From: Callorhinchus milii
Taxonomy: Eukaryota
Assembly (NCBI RefSeq): GCF_018977255.1
Contig: NW_024704773.1
Coordinates: forward strand, 3,348,001-3,412,000
DNA: 64,000 nt
Direction: 5' to 3'
The position numbers and the translations under genes were made by a program. Below the pieces are notes generated by a model. The model did no database searches. It was not told the DNA's origin and was given only the letters and a program-made list of their open reading frames with translations. Positions within the stretch are counted from its first letter, which is position 1. The number at the start of each line of letters is the position of its first letter. This document shows positions 1-12,394 of this stretch, one piece after another.

Positions 1-227
1 TTACAGATAAAGTGGAACAAAAGCGATTTATGTTGTGTCAATTAACTCCTTCAAAAAGAAAAACGATTAAGTGTCTTTTTAAGAATGGAACATGCAAATT
101 AAGATATACAATGATTACTGTGCTGTTGGGAAGGAGGAGAGAGGGAACCCAGATTAAAGAGTGGATATTGATAAATATTCAGGATTTTTTTCTCAATTAC
201 CTTAAAGGTTCTGGGTAGAATCTTTTT

Positions 228-290
228 TAGGGTGACCATATGTCCCCAGTTTCCAGGGGCAGTCCCAAATGAGGTATTGTGTCCCTGGGG
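228..290 (+). mobile_element. hAT (Blackjack-like) terminal inverted repeat fragment
   Basis: TAGGGTGACCATATGTCCC...GGGGCAGTCCC resembles hAT-Blackjack termini; no partner end found. Confidence 0.4.
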
Positions 291-339
291 CCAAATTTGC
301 TCTGTCTTGAGTTCAGCAACAAACTAAGCAACTAAGTAC

Positions 340-1083
340 CATGACTGTGTACAATTGGCTGCTGTGTTTCGCCCACAAAATATACAGTCAATTCACTTTA
401 CAGTATATTCTGTGAAGTGCTTTGAGACATTTCGAAGACATGATAAGGCACTATTACATTGAGGCTCGACTATGCAAACTCACTGCACGTTGGCCTCCGC
501 CAACTCCTCCCTCCATAGGCTGCAGATCATCTAGAACTTTGCAGCCCGTGTCCTCTCCCGCACCAGGCTCCGTGACCCTATCACCCCTATCCTCACCCGA
601 TTCTACTGGCTTCCCATCACACAGAGGATATAGTTCAAGATCCTGGTCCTCACCTTCAAAGCCCTCCATGGTCTTGCTCCCCCCTACCTCTGCGACCTCC
701 TAACTTCCTATCATCCTGTTCGCTCCCTCCACTCAGTGGGCTCCGGCCTGTTTCACGTCCCCCGTGTCGCTCACCCCACTATTGGCAGGCGGGCTTTCCG
801 CCACTCTGCATTCACTCTCTGGAACTCCATCCCATGGTCCCTCTGCCTCACCCCCTCCCTCGCCACTTTCAAGACCCACCTCAAGACTCGCCTCTTTGAC
901 TGTGCTTTCGATCTCCCTGCCTTCCCCCCCTGCCCTCCACCCTCCCCCACCCCAACCCCCAGCTCAGATCCGTAATTCTCTCTGTCCAGCACCTTAGGAC
1001 GTTCTCCCAACGTGAAAGGCACTATACAAATGTAATTTTGTTGTTATTGTTATATCAAAATACCAGAATCATTATTATTATTA
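340..1083 (+). mobile_element. SINE 3' half (340-455 and 1052-1083) interrupted by an L2 LINE 3' fragment (~461-1051)
   Basis: SINE tail ...gataaggcactat | L2 (RLDYANS-type coding remnant, tail gtgaaaggcactatacaaatgtaattttgttgtt) | atatcaaaat...attattatt. Confidence 0.8.
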
Positions 1084-2744
1084 ACCTTCTAAAACAGACA
1101 CACTTATCAGAGAAATACAGTCATTATTCTCCAGTAACTGCCAGCATCAACCATTGTGGTGAGTTCATTTTTTTAATATATATTTGCCCCCTAACTTTAT
1201 ACATCATATAGAACAACCCCTCTCCTCAGCTATGCCCCTGTGCTATGCACAGGAAATGCAACCAACAGAACGTCTTGCATGCTATGCTAGAAATAGCAGT
1301 GTTCTAACATGCTGCTGCCCCTAAGGCAGGAAATGTCATGAGCAGCACCTCCTGTGTGATGTCCAGATGCAGGAATTGACCTGAGTGGTGACCTGACAAG
1401 CTGTAGGTTGGCCAGTTTTTTGTCCTCCTTTCAGACGCGACACATTAGACATTTTGGACCCCGTTGACCACAATATAAGGGGGCTATCCCATACCTTTCT
1501 CCGAGAGATGCAGTGGGTGGTATAAGGACCATGGTAAACCAGTTTGCATGATCTATGAAAGAGGTGGGCTTGACTGACTCAATGGCAGAAATTTAGGTTC
1601 ATTATAAAAGGAATTGAATGGAAGGTTATAAAAACAAATTATTTATACAGTAGATGGCTGGAATGTGGAATTCTCTGCCATTAACCATAGTGGAGAGGAT
1701 GGGGATGGGGGATAAGGGTTGTGGATTCTTTGTAAAGGAAACTAGAACCTTGTGTATGTTACACAAATCTGCGAGTCCTCTGCTTCGAGGCAATCTTGGT
1801 TTGGAGCAGAGGTCCTGCATGTTGGTTTGGTATACATTGCATTCTGTGCACAAAAACATATTTTCTGTCTTGCTGTACTTGATGCTATTTTGCTCTGGGG
1901 GCTTTTCCCAATCAAACAATTTTTCAAACTCAGTAGAGGCAACCACTGTACTCCATGACAGCTGTGTTGCCTTCAGAAATGGAATAAATAACTACTTTGG
2001 GAGTGCGTTGGAATTTCTCTCCCCCTCCTCCTTTTCCTCCACCCCTTCTCCCCCCATCTTCTCCCACCCCCACTTCTGCCCCCCCCCCCCCCCACCTCAG
2101 GGGCAACAGTGCCAACAGGTTTACCTTATAGCACTGTAGTTGAAGGTGAGGCAGCATCGTAAGCTACATCTGGCATACTTCTTTATGCAAGTTTTCAATG
2201 CACTGATCAGAATGCATTTAGGATATTGCAATCAGTCTTAAACACCAAACTGCAACATATACACACACTGCAGCATTCCGAGATGCTATCCTGTGTGAAG
2301 GGCGCTATATAAATGCAAGTTTCTGTTTTTATTCTCTATTTATATGCTTGTATGTGTATATGTATGTATAACAAGAATACTGTATATTCTCTATTTGTAT
2401 ACTGTATATATACTTGCATTAGAAAAGGAGCAGTATTTTAGTAGTTTTTTGGGGGGTCAGCCGAGTGTCTGAGTGTAAATGGGACAGATTCGAAAGACAG
2501 ATGAGAGAAATTTTGCATTCATAATCTGGAAAGAATGCTGTTGAGGGATGACCTCATCAAAATATAGAAAGTATTGAAGCCAATGTGCCAATGGGTTCCG
2601 TATGCTTTCAGCTCACACACTGTGACTTTGAAAAGTAACACTATTATAATAATAAAGCTCCTCAAATATCTGTAATGAAGTTATTACTGCACTATTTATC
2701 CCAACCCATTAAATATGAAACACAATTTAAAAAATAAATTGGAA

Positions 2745-3030
2745 GCTTTCTCGTCTCTGAGTCAGAAGGTTGTGGGATCAGGCTTCATGCATGTTAAAGA
2801 TTCCATGGTAATTTTTCAAAAAGAACAAAAAGTGTTGTCTTGTGTCTTGGCTAACAATTCTCCAAATAAAATTAGTCATTCATTTCATGGCTGTTTGTGA
2901 TACATAGCTGTGTGCTACCACGTTTACCTGTAAAATGCCCAGTCTCTGCACTTTACTGAATATCATGTGCAGAGTTTTGAGACATCCTCCTGATGTGAAA
3001 GGCATGGTATCAAATTCAAGGATTATTATG
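2745..3030 (+). mobile_element. Degraded DeuSINE/SacSINE-like SINE
   Basis: gagtcagaaggttgtggg head, gttaaagattccatgg core and L2-type tail shared with the copies at 38690 and 43050. Confidence 0.65.
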
Positions 3031-3670
3031 TTTTGCTATGTCTTGTTTAATTTTAACATTATGCTTTTTAAATTTATAACTTTTCTACTCTTTTTCTTTT
3101 TACCTTTCTTCTATTTGCTCCCACGATTATCTCATCTACATTGTCTCAAAACTGACCTGATAGTCTAGTATGAAAACCCAGTTTGGAGATTGTCAGGACT
3201 ACACTATAGAAGAGGTCCTGTCAATCCTCATCCTAGAATTAGACATGAAAGTCAGGACATGAGTGCACGTCTGTGGCATGCAGCAAAGAATTGCGCCCTG
3301 ACTTAAATACATATCAGTATTGCTCTGGAGGTTAATAGTACAGATGAGATGAACCAGGCTTTCACTTCAAAGCAAGCTGAGAATTTAAGACCAGAGAATG
3401 TAAATGGCAATGAGTAAAAAGTGAATTTGGAGCATATATCAAGAAATACCTTTTGGGGTAAAAATGGGGTAAAAAGAATGATATTTCATAACAGACGTAA
3501 TGTGATAACATTGAATTTGTTATAAAACAACTCCCTCTTAACTCCCTATGAGTGATAAATATCCCTTAGATAACACTGGTCATTCACTTCACAGCTGGTT
3601 GCGGGACATCAAGTTGGCCACCGCATTCACCTCCTACACAGTCACTACAATTTCCAGTAAAATCCTTGTT

Positions 3671-3964
3671 AGACAGTGCTCTCAATGGCAAGCTATGCTA
3701 TTTTAGCTGGCTGTATTCCAGCAATACCCTAACACAACCTCTGTGGTCCCCCAAGTAAGCTGTTGCCAACCTGTGCCTAATATTCTCTGGAATTAAATAA
3801 GATGGGTGTGTCCCCCCCAGGAAGAGAGTGTACATTCCATTCCAAACACAGCGAGATTTTCATGCATAAGCAGCATGTGTATGTGAAACTCTCTGTCTGG
3901 TTTGGATACTCTTAAGCATGATGAGGTTCTGCATGTGTCAGACACCTGGAGAACCAAAAACAAA
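3671..3964 (+). mobile_element. Unclassified repeat family X copy (putative LINE 3' UTR)
   Basis: Shares ttttagctgg, cattccattcc and ggtttggatactcttaagcatg...gtcagacacctgg with six other loci. Confidence 0.75.
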
Positions 3965-4319
3965 TTCCATAGTATTTACAGCTCAGAAAGTGGGCTATTC
4001 ATGCCGACTCCCTGACAGAGCTATCAACCTTCTCAATTCCTGGTTTATTTTTAGGGTTGTTCCAGTGCTTTCGATGCAATTGTTAGATTTATCTCTATGA
4101 ATTTTGTGATCTGTGCACTGCCACTTAAAACGACCATATCCCACAGCTGGCAGTCGTGAGCTTCATCCAATTACAGAATCATAACCTGAGGGCCACAGAA
4201 CAGAGGTCAAAGATCACTCTCAAATTCGAGTGAATCTGAAGTTCACCTCCGGTGTGAAAACTTGAATTTATTCATAACTAATGTCACAGTTTCCTTCTGG
4301 CAGGTAGGTTACATTTGAG

Positions 4320-4668
4320 TTTCTTTGGTCAGCCAGGTGTCTGACACATGCAGAAACCCATCCATCACCATGCTTAAGAGTACCCAAACCAAGGTGATAT
4401 TTGCTTGCATCCTACCTACCAGGGAAATTCCAGAGATAGATTGTTGGAATGGGCACGATCTCCCTGGAGGGATGCATTCTGCTTACCTAATTCTGGAAAG
4501 TATTAGATGCAGGTTGGCAAAAGCCTAGGCTTGGGGACCAAAGAGTGTGCATTGGGGTAATTGCTGGAGTCTAACCAGCTAAAGCTCCATAGCTTCTCAT
4601 AGATAGCATTGTCTGGCAAGCTTTCCTGCTGCTTGTGCACCTTGGACTACCCTACCTGCTAGGGCTTT
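4320..4668 (-). mobile_element. Repeat family X copy, interrupted by L2 (resumes ~5378-5460)
   Basis: Reverse complement matches 13343-13710; after the L2 the sequence resumes with gcagggttaacag, as at ~54021. Confidence 0.75.
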
Positions 4669-4679
4669 GGATTACACAT

Positions 4680-5378
4680 TGGATTTCTTCCTCACATCAA
4701 AGCCATGACCCGCTCTGCCTTCCCTCACCTACGTAACATCGCCCGACTCCGCCACTACCTCACCCCTCAGGCCGCTGAAACTCTTGTTCATGCCTTCATC
4801 ACCTCCAGGCTCGACTATGCAAACTCCCTGCTTGTCAGCCTTCCCAACTCCTCCCTCCACAGGCTGCAGATAATCCAGAACTCTGCAGCCGTGTCCTCTC
4901 CCGCACCAAACTCTGTGATCCCATCTCCCCCACTCTCGCCCGACTCCATTGGCTCCCTATCCTTCAGAGGACCCAGTTCAAGATCCTGGTCCTCACATAC
5001 AAAGCCCTCCATAGTCTCACCCCACCCTACCTCAACAACCTCCTAACCCCCTACCAACCTGCCCGCTCCCTCCGCTCAGCCGGCTCGGGCCTGCTCCACG
5101 TCCCCCGCCCCACCCGCCCCACCACTGGTGGGAAAGCCTTCAGCCACTCTGCCCCCAACCTCTGGAATTCCATCCCACCTCGCCTCCTCCTTAGCCTCCT
5201 TCAAGTCCCGCCTCAAAACATTTCTCTTTGTCCATGCCATCGGCCACCCCCCTTCCCCTCCTCTCCCTTCTTCCCCCGACCCCAGCTTGGGACTGAAATG
5301 CCGTACACTGTCCAGCGCCTTGGGATGTCCTCCCGACGTGAAAGGCGCTATACAAATGTAATCTTGTTGTTGTTGTTG
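4680..5378 (+). mobile_element. L2 LINE 3' fragment
   Basis: TRSAFPHLRNIARLRHYLTPQAAETLVHAFITSRLDYANSLL is the typical L2 ORF2 C-terminal region; (TTG)n tail. Confidence 0.9.
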
Positions 5379-6229
5379 CAGGGTTAACAGCAGCTGTGTG
5401 GGAGGATTCCCTGCCCGAGTGACTGCTCTGCCCAGGTCCTGCTGATGAGCCAGGCTGTGTCTAAACATTTGAGCTTATCTCTCAGGGGAGTGGAGGGAAA
5501 GGAAGGGTTGAGTCAGACAGGATTTGCTGACTAGCATGGAATGGCACGTGGGGAAGAAAATCTGTTAAAGCAGAGGTGAGGGTGGTCGTAGTGTTATTGA
5601 CAGCTCTTGTTATTTTTCTGTAGTGCAATAGAAGTGTTTTATGGTCAGGACAGCAGATTTTCTGTGTTGATATAACAAGCTACATGTGCTTTACACATTG
5701 TTTCAATCCTATTTTCCTGTTTAGGGTAACGGGGGAAGGGCACTTTATTGAACAAGCACCCACCACTTGCAAATTACATAGGCTGCATGAGAAGCGCTCC
5801 ATACTAGAGACTCAAGCAGCCTTCTCCAGAACGCCAATCTTGCAATTCGCTATCTGAAACATCAATAGTAAATTGTAATACTAACAATGGAATAGGTATG
5901 GTTATGTTTTACTGTTACTGAACAAAAACCAAATCAGAGGTGTAAGAATGATACAGAATGTAACATTTCAGGTATTGTTGTTTGTTAATATCGCCCAATC
6001 CTGCGCTTTTAGTTATCTCGCATTTATGTAGCACCCTCCAGGCAAGACCCCGTCTCGGAGCGCTGAAAAAAAAGCACTTTTGACAAAATATTTATAAAGA
6101 TGGAATTTTTAATGAAAATATTTTTTATAATCTTTGCATTTGATATAGCGCCTTAACATGTCGTTGAGATGAGTAACGGCCCACTATATGATGCCAGCTA
6201 GATTGTAAGGATTGATAGAAACAGAAAAT

Positions 6230-6512
6230 ATAATAATAGCAATCTTTACAGTTTAGCACGTTTCACATCAGGAGGACGTCTCACAGCGTTTCACAGAATA
6301 TACTGTAAAGTGGTTTGACTGTGTATTTTGTGGGCAAAAACGCGACAGCCAATTGCGCACAAAGGCGTCTCACATACAGTCGTGGATTGAATGACCATTT
6401 TCTTTTAGGGGACTACGACCCCGCGGAAAGAGAATCCGCCAATCGACTAACAACCGGATTCCTGCTTAAAGCTCGGTAAACAGCGGTGCGCGGAGTAAGG
6501 AAAACTTACCTA
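6230..6512 (-). mobile_element. tRNA-derived SINE, long subfamily, head truncated
   Basis: Reverse complement matches the body of 54590-54961. Confidence 0.75.
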
Positions 6513-6599
6513 AAGTTTTTATCTTTAAAAGAAAGGTTAAACTTTTTCTCTATAACGACAGCGCTTTTATAAAAACCTTTTCTATTGATAGCGATGGGA

Positions 6600-7569
6600 C
6601 TTCAGATTATTCCCCCCTCCCCACCCACATAACCATTCAAATAAAGCAACCTCGCTTGAAATGAGAGAAGGGGGAGGAAAAGAGAGAGAGAGAGAGAGTG
6701 GGGGGGAAGGGCAAGGGCAGGGCAGGGGGCTGAGCCCCACTGAGCCATTGATCCTCAGTGCTCTGTTTGCTCTGCACCACCCAGTGGAGCTAACGGGATG
6801 TCTGGGTGTGAGATGATTGGAGTGAAGGAGCTGAGCACCTCCTTCTCAGGGCTGAGTCCACTCCCTGTAACCCCACGTGTTGCAGGGTCTCTGCTCTCTC
6901 TCTCTCTGGGCTGCCCACTGACAGCAGCAGCCACTCAAACCCCCTGCAGCTCCCTCCCCAGTCTATCAGTCAGCAAGTCAGAGAGACTGCTCCTTACACA
7001 CATCTCCTGCAGTCTCACAGAGCAGAGCAGAGCAGATCTCCTCTCTCTCTCTCTCACTCACTCTCTCTCTCTTTCACTCATTCACTTTCTCACTCCCTTT
7101 TGTAACCACTTCCCCACAAGGCACCCCATTTGCAAAGCACATTTTCACTTTCCCCCCCATTTCACCTCCTCCCACCCCCCCCCCCCCCCCCCTCCCTCAC
7201 CCCCTTCCCATCACCCCCTTCCCCACCCCCTCACACACACACCCACACAACAACTGAGACACAAACTCGATTTGCTGCTGGGACAAAAGTTAAAAGAACC
7301 AAAAACTTTTGAGCTGAACTTTTCTCTCTCTCCCCCCCCCCCCTCCCCCCACCCTCTCCCCACCCAAAAAAGAAAAGAAAGTTGATTCCAAGGAACAATT
7401 GAGGGGAAAACAGTTATAATCCTGTCTGTCTTTGAGCTGATCCGCGTCTTGAACTGTGAGTGAGGATTTTTTTTATATTGAGTGAAACCTGATCTGGAAA
7501 AAAAGCTGCAGAGAGAGAGGGAGAGAGGGAGAAAAAGGGGCCAAAACAGCAAGGAGCGAGTTTCCCAGG
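6600..7569 (+). promoter_or_regulatory. Probable promoter / 5' UTR region of the fibrillin gene
   Basis: About 1 kb free of recognisable transposons directly upstream of the ATG, with (GA)n, (CT)n, G-runs (6700-6730) and poly-C tracts. The transcription start cannot be located from sequence. Confidence 0.5.
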
Positions 7570-7754
7570 ATGGGGATACAGTGGTGTTGGAAGTTGCTGC
7601 TGGGATGTATGGCGCTAACAGGGATCGCAGTGGAGAAAGCCACAGGACAGAAGTATCCTTCCAGAGGCTTTGAAGCCCAACGCTTCAACCCAGATGAACT
7701 GAGGGACGCAACCAACCGAGTGAGGAGACGAGGACAACATGACACTCTGAGAGG
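7570..7754 (+). CDS. FBN2: Fibrillin coding exon 1: signal peptide, propeptide, furin site RVRR
   Basis: ATG in good Kozak context (ccaggATGg), hydrophobic leader, RVRRRGQHDTLRG resembles FBN2 RVRRRGQQDVLRG; donor GG|gtagct, phase 2, joins 9640. Confidence 0.9.
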
Positions 7755-7834
7755 GTAGCTATGGATTTTATGTCGATCTCTCAATGTCCATATCAAACAT
7801 ATCCTAGTTTTTACTTGTGATTATTTCAAATTGT

Positions 7835-8061
7835 TGCTGTGCGCAATCGGCTGCCGCATTTCGCCCACAAAATACACGGTCGATTCACTTAACGGTATAT
7901 GCTGGGAAGCGCTTTTGAGATGTCTCGAAGACGCGATAACGACGAAAAACATCTTGAATTTATATAGCGCCCTCCATGCAGGGTAGCGTCTCAGAGCGCT
8001 TAACAGTGGCGGAGCCTGACTGATAAGGTGCTATATCAAATGCAAGGATTATTATTATTAT
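7835..8061 (+). mobile_element. SINE 3' half with a short antisense L2/SINE tail inserted (~7945-8015)
   Basis: ctgtgcgcaatcggctgccgcatttcgcccaca...atcaaatgcaaggattattatt. Confidence 0.7.
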
Positions 8062-9639
8062 AAAAATTATAACCTCAGACTCCTTACTGTGTGCAATGTT
8101 AACATGCAGGCTGTGTAGATTTTCTCAGTGCTGGAGGGAATAGGCATTTAATCTGCACTAAGCTATTGTATAGCCAGGTCAATTCTACTGCTTGAAAGTA
8201 TTGACCTAACTATAGTGGTTCATGTCTCCATTCCCGAGCCGATCTGTCACCCCTTTCAGTCTCAGTGAGCAGACGCTTCATTCCGATTTATAAAAGATTT
8301 CTTTTTTTTTCTATAAAATAACTTTTTATAAAGATAGAACTTTTTATATGAACGAATAACGTTTATAAAGAGAGAACTTTAGTCTAGCAATTCTCTGGTG
8401 TTGGTGTGTGAAGATCATCACCTGCAGACATACTGTAGTAAGATTTATCAGAGCTAGAATGAAAATTCACTTTGAACGTGGCTTAAAGTTGCAGACTCAG
8501 ATTTACGAGTGATTTTGATGAAATCTTTAAGTGGGGGTCTCCAAAAAAAACCTGGAGTGGAGCAGTTAAAGCTGTGATTTCAGCAAGCAGAAGATGGTTA
8601 TCAGTAAGCATCAGATAGCTGTTGTTGAGGTTTAACTAACAGTGCAACCGACTAACCCTACACTGTCAGAAAAAGGTGAGCGATTTGAACCTGTGTCTAA
8701 TCTACAGAGTGGAATGCAGAATGGACTGCAGAACTGCACTACGTAAACTCAGACTAACTCCATACACGGAGGAGGGGGAGGGGAACTAGGAAGGGAATTC
8801 AGGGGACTTTTTTTGCTTGTTTGCAAAACTTTTTTTCAAAAAGTTTATTTTCATAGAATCCCTCCAGAGGAAAATTTATAACGTTTGTATTTTCATTTTA
8901 AAAATGACAAATAAGTTAGCATTTCCTGCATGTAGATTGCAGGAGGGTCACAAAGTTAGAGATTTATCAGAAAATAAGTATTGATGACTTTTCCCAGATG
9001 CATTAAAGGGCCAAGTTTCCATTTGTTGAGCGCATTGCCTGTGCCACAGGAGGCAATTTGGGAGTAACTATATCTGTCTATATAGACAGACTGCTAATTT
9101 TATGTGGTTTTTATAATTAAATTGGAAGTTTGTTTTACTTAATCTACATCCTGAGCAGATCAGTCAGTTGAGCACCAGACGAGGGACAAGAAGGTTTTGG
9201 ATTCACGTCCCAGTGGGTGGGCCTACTCAGCTCTACTATCAAATCCCTTCCTTGTTGATAAAATGCCGACTGAGACTAAAATTTTCCTCTGTGGGGATCG
9301 GGTGGGATAAGTAAGCAGTTCGTCCCTGAGATTGGATTGGGGTGAGGTAGGTAAGCGGTTTCTCCCTGAGGTTGGATTGGCTCCAAGTAGCCAAGGGTGG
9401 TAAAGACAGTTAGATCCACAGAGATCCAAGGATTGCTGGCTTATCAATAAGATGTGTAGACATGTCTTCAACCCTGCAAGCCAAAGCTCGAACAGATAAG
9501 AGGTCTGAGCTGAACAAGTACTGTGCTGGGCAATGACCCTTTGTTTGACTTAATATGTGAGAAATGTCTTCTTTTAACCTACTCTTGTTATAGTATTATC
9601 ATTGCTGAATAGTTATGATTTGAAATCTGTGTATTACAG

Positions 9640-9722
9640 GCCGAATGTCTGTGGATCTCGATTTCATTCATACTGCTGCCCGGGATGGAAAACATTACCT
9701 GGTGGAAACCAATGCATTGTCC
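9640..9722 (+). CDS. FBN2: Fibrillin coding exon 2 (FUN domain)
   Basis: ttacag|G...C|gtaagt; 83 nt; (G)[27 protein letters not shown](P). Not in the ORF track. Confidence 0.97.
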
Positions 9723-12177
9723 GTAAGTGCTATTGCTCATAATTACTGTATCTGGTCTTAAGGTTGTGTGGTAGGATCTGATATTATGTGATGTGATATG
9801 ATATTCAGGCATGTGGTAATGCTTTATATAAAATATTGTATGCTGTTAGCTGTATGAGAGAAAACATCTGGACGTAAGAAACGTAAAAGTGTTATGGGAA
9901 ATACGCCGTATATTATCTTTTCTGGCACAGGGATTTCATTTTTTTTGAGCCATTATTTTCACCGCAGGGCTTGAATTTCAGTTTTGCTGGAGGCGGAAAA
10001 TTGTTTGTAGCTCTAGCAGCCACAAGCAAATTTTCTCTTTCATTACCAAAGTCAATCAGAATCAAAGGAAGGACCAATGACTGGAACCCAGACTGAAATC
10101 TGAAGACAGGGGTGCTGAGACATCAGATTGTGAATCTCATTAGCAAAACTATGTTAATCGAGGAGATGGAATGCTGTTCAGTGGAAGTGCAAACCCCATG
10201 AGCATTTCTCACTAGACTGGTGTTAAAGTCCAACCTTATTATTGTGAGCTTAATAAATATTAAAGGAGAAATACAATGCGTCCTCGTTAATACAAGTTCT
10301 CTTATTACAAGCTTCTCTATATAACATGTGTTTCTACTGGTTCCAGAATGAATTTCCATTGTAAACTGTAGAAAACATCAGACCTCAATAAGTTAAATTC
10401 CTGTTAAGTATACCCACTTTTTTCTGGCCCACAAAACACACAGTCACTCCACTTTACAGTAAATCCTGTGAAGCGCTGTGAGATGTCCTCCCGATGTGAA
10501 ACATGCTAAATAAACTGTAAAGATGGTTATTATTATTTTCTGTTTGTATCAATCCTTACATGTAGCTGGCTGTTACTTTTGCTACTGATGAGATAACTCA
10601 CATATATTTCGGCACCCAAATGTCAGTGGTTGAAAAAATTTTTGACCTCGACCTTCAATGATTTCATCAGGTTGAATAAACCTCAATGACAAAGACTCAG
10701 CTGGCTAGAAAGCATTATTTGGAATCAGTTTTAAGTCAATCTGTGTTTATACCAGTGGAAGCAAAACCGCTTCATTTCCATCTGTACAGCAATATTGAGT
10801 AAAATAGAAATGTTGTAGTAGAAAGCACAATGCCAAGATTAGATGTTAAGTTTTGAATCTTGTTGAAGAGCGCTTCACAGTTATCAGAGCTATTTGGATC
10901 ACCCAAGGTTTTGCAATGAACCCAGAATGAGGTGTCCGCTCAGTTAATCTGCAGGATTATTGACCACTCCACTGGGAGAAATTCACTCATCTTTTCAAAA
11001 AGGTACAAGAGGTTCTTTGTAGCTCACGTGAGAAACAGGCAGACAGGACCTCAATTTTAATGTCGTATCTGAAGGAAGTTATTTTCGACAAATTTAGACT
11101 TCACTGTATGACCTTTTGTGTTTACATTTGGAAAAAAACGGATACTATGTTTAAAAAACACTGTAAAGGAAATATTATTATAATAAATAGAACTGATATA
11201 AACACCAATCAGTGGGGAAAGAGGGCACTGGGCCAATATATTATGTGCTGCTTATTGCACATGCAGTTGAGGCAGATGAAATATAAGCTGCTTGTCTCTC
11301 TCTGATGTTTGAGGGTCTGAAGCAAGTTTGAAAATTCTCATTCCAGCTCAGAGTTTGCCTAGGTCCGTAGAGAAAACCGTAGAATTGGTGCTAAATTATC
11401 ATCAAGGTCACTGAGCGAGGGAGAGAGGAAATGAAAAAATCCCACCAGGGCAGTGGAAGGTGTTGGTTTGAGGTGCAGAGTTCAGCTCGAAGTCAGAGGC
11501 CTTTTCATTATTTCTGTTCTGTGTTCGGAGAGTCCACATTTTCTGTTTTTTTTCTTTTAATTTCCTGTGAATATTTCAGTTTTTACTTTAATAACATCCA
11601 ATCCAGGTGGAAGGGAATAACAATGTGCCATTCAACAAATCTGAATGATGACTATTTGTTAAACGGTATAAGCTTAGCTCAGCTGGAGCCTTCTTGCCTT
11701 TACACCAGAAGCTTGTGAGTTCAAGCCCCACATCAGTGAGTATTCATCTCAGAATCCAAACTGATACTTGATTGAGGAACTAGAAACATAGAAATGTATA
11801 GCACCAAAGGAGGTAATTTGGCCACCATGCCTGTGTTGGGTCTTTGAAAGAGCTATTGATTTAGTCCTATTCTTCTGCCTTTTCCCCAGACTCTTTTGTA
11901 CTGTATTCTTGGAAATGCCATTATTTGAATGTGATGCTAAACCGAGGTTGACACCGAGGTTGACAGATAATGAAATGTTCCATGGCATTATCTCTTACGG
12001 CAGAATGGCAACCTCCTATGCTATCATTTCTAGGAGTCTCTAATTCTAAGCACTTCTATTAATGGGGCATGGTAGAGTTTAATGACCTGATCAGACCTAA
12101 TAACTCTTCTCACTGAAATTAAATGAAATCTATTTCATATTATGTTGATAATGGACAACCCTGTTTCTTGCCTGCAG

Positions 12178-12276
12178 CTATTTGCCGCAATATCTGTGGC
12201 GATGGATTCTGTTCACGTCCCAACATGTGCACTTGCTCCAATGGACATATCTCACCAACTTGTGGAACTAAATCCA
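12178..12276 (+). CDS. FBN2: Fibrillin coding exon 3 (EGF1)
   Basis: cctgcag|CT...A|gtaagt; 99 nt; [32 protein letters not shown]. Confidence 0.97.
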
Positions 12277-12394
12277 GTAAGTTTGCAGAACATGTCAACT
12301 CTTTTTTTTATCAGCTGGGAATACTTGTTGCTGTGTGTAGTACTGTCATGGGGAAAAGGCTTTTTTTTGCAATAACAGGAAATGCTTTATATAA

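Noticed and set aside
5436-5490. Hammerhead-ribozyme-like CTGATGAG in family X (related text at ~54068)
   Set aside because: The required GAAA core and stem III are missing in both copies, and the motif is antisense to the element's apparent orientation.
6798-7385. 195-aa ORF upstream of fibrillin
   Set aside because: Translation is dominated by (CT)n and poly-C low-complexity tracts, with no recognisable domain.
8163-8218. Hairpin tatagccaggtcaat / attgacctaactata
   Set aside because: The stem is short and mismatched for a pre-miRNA, and I recognise no mature miRNA.
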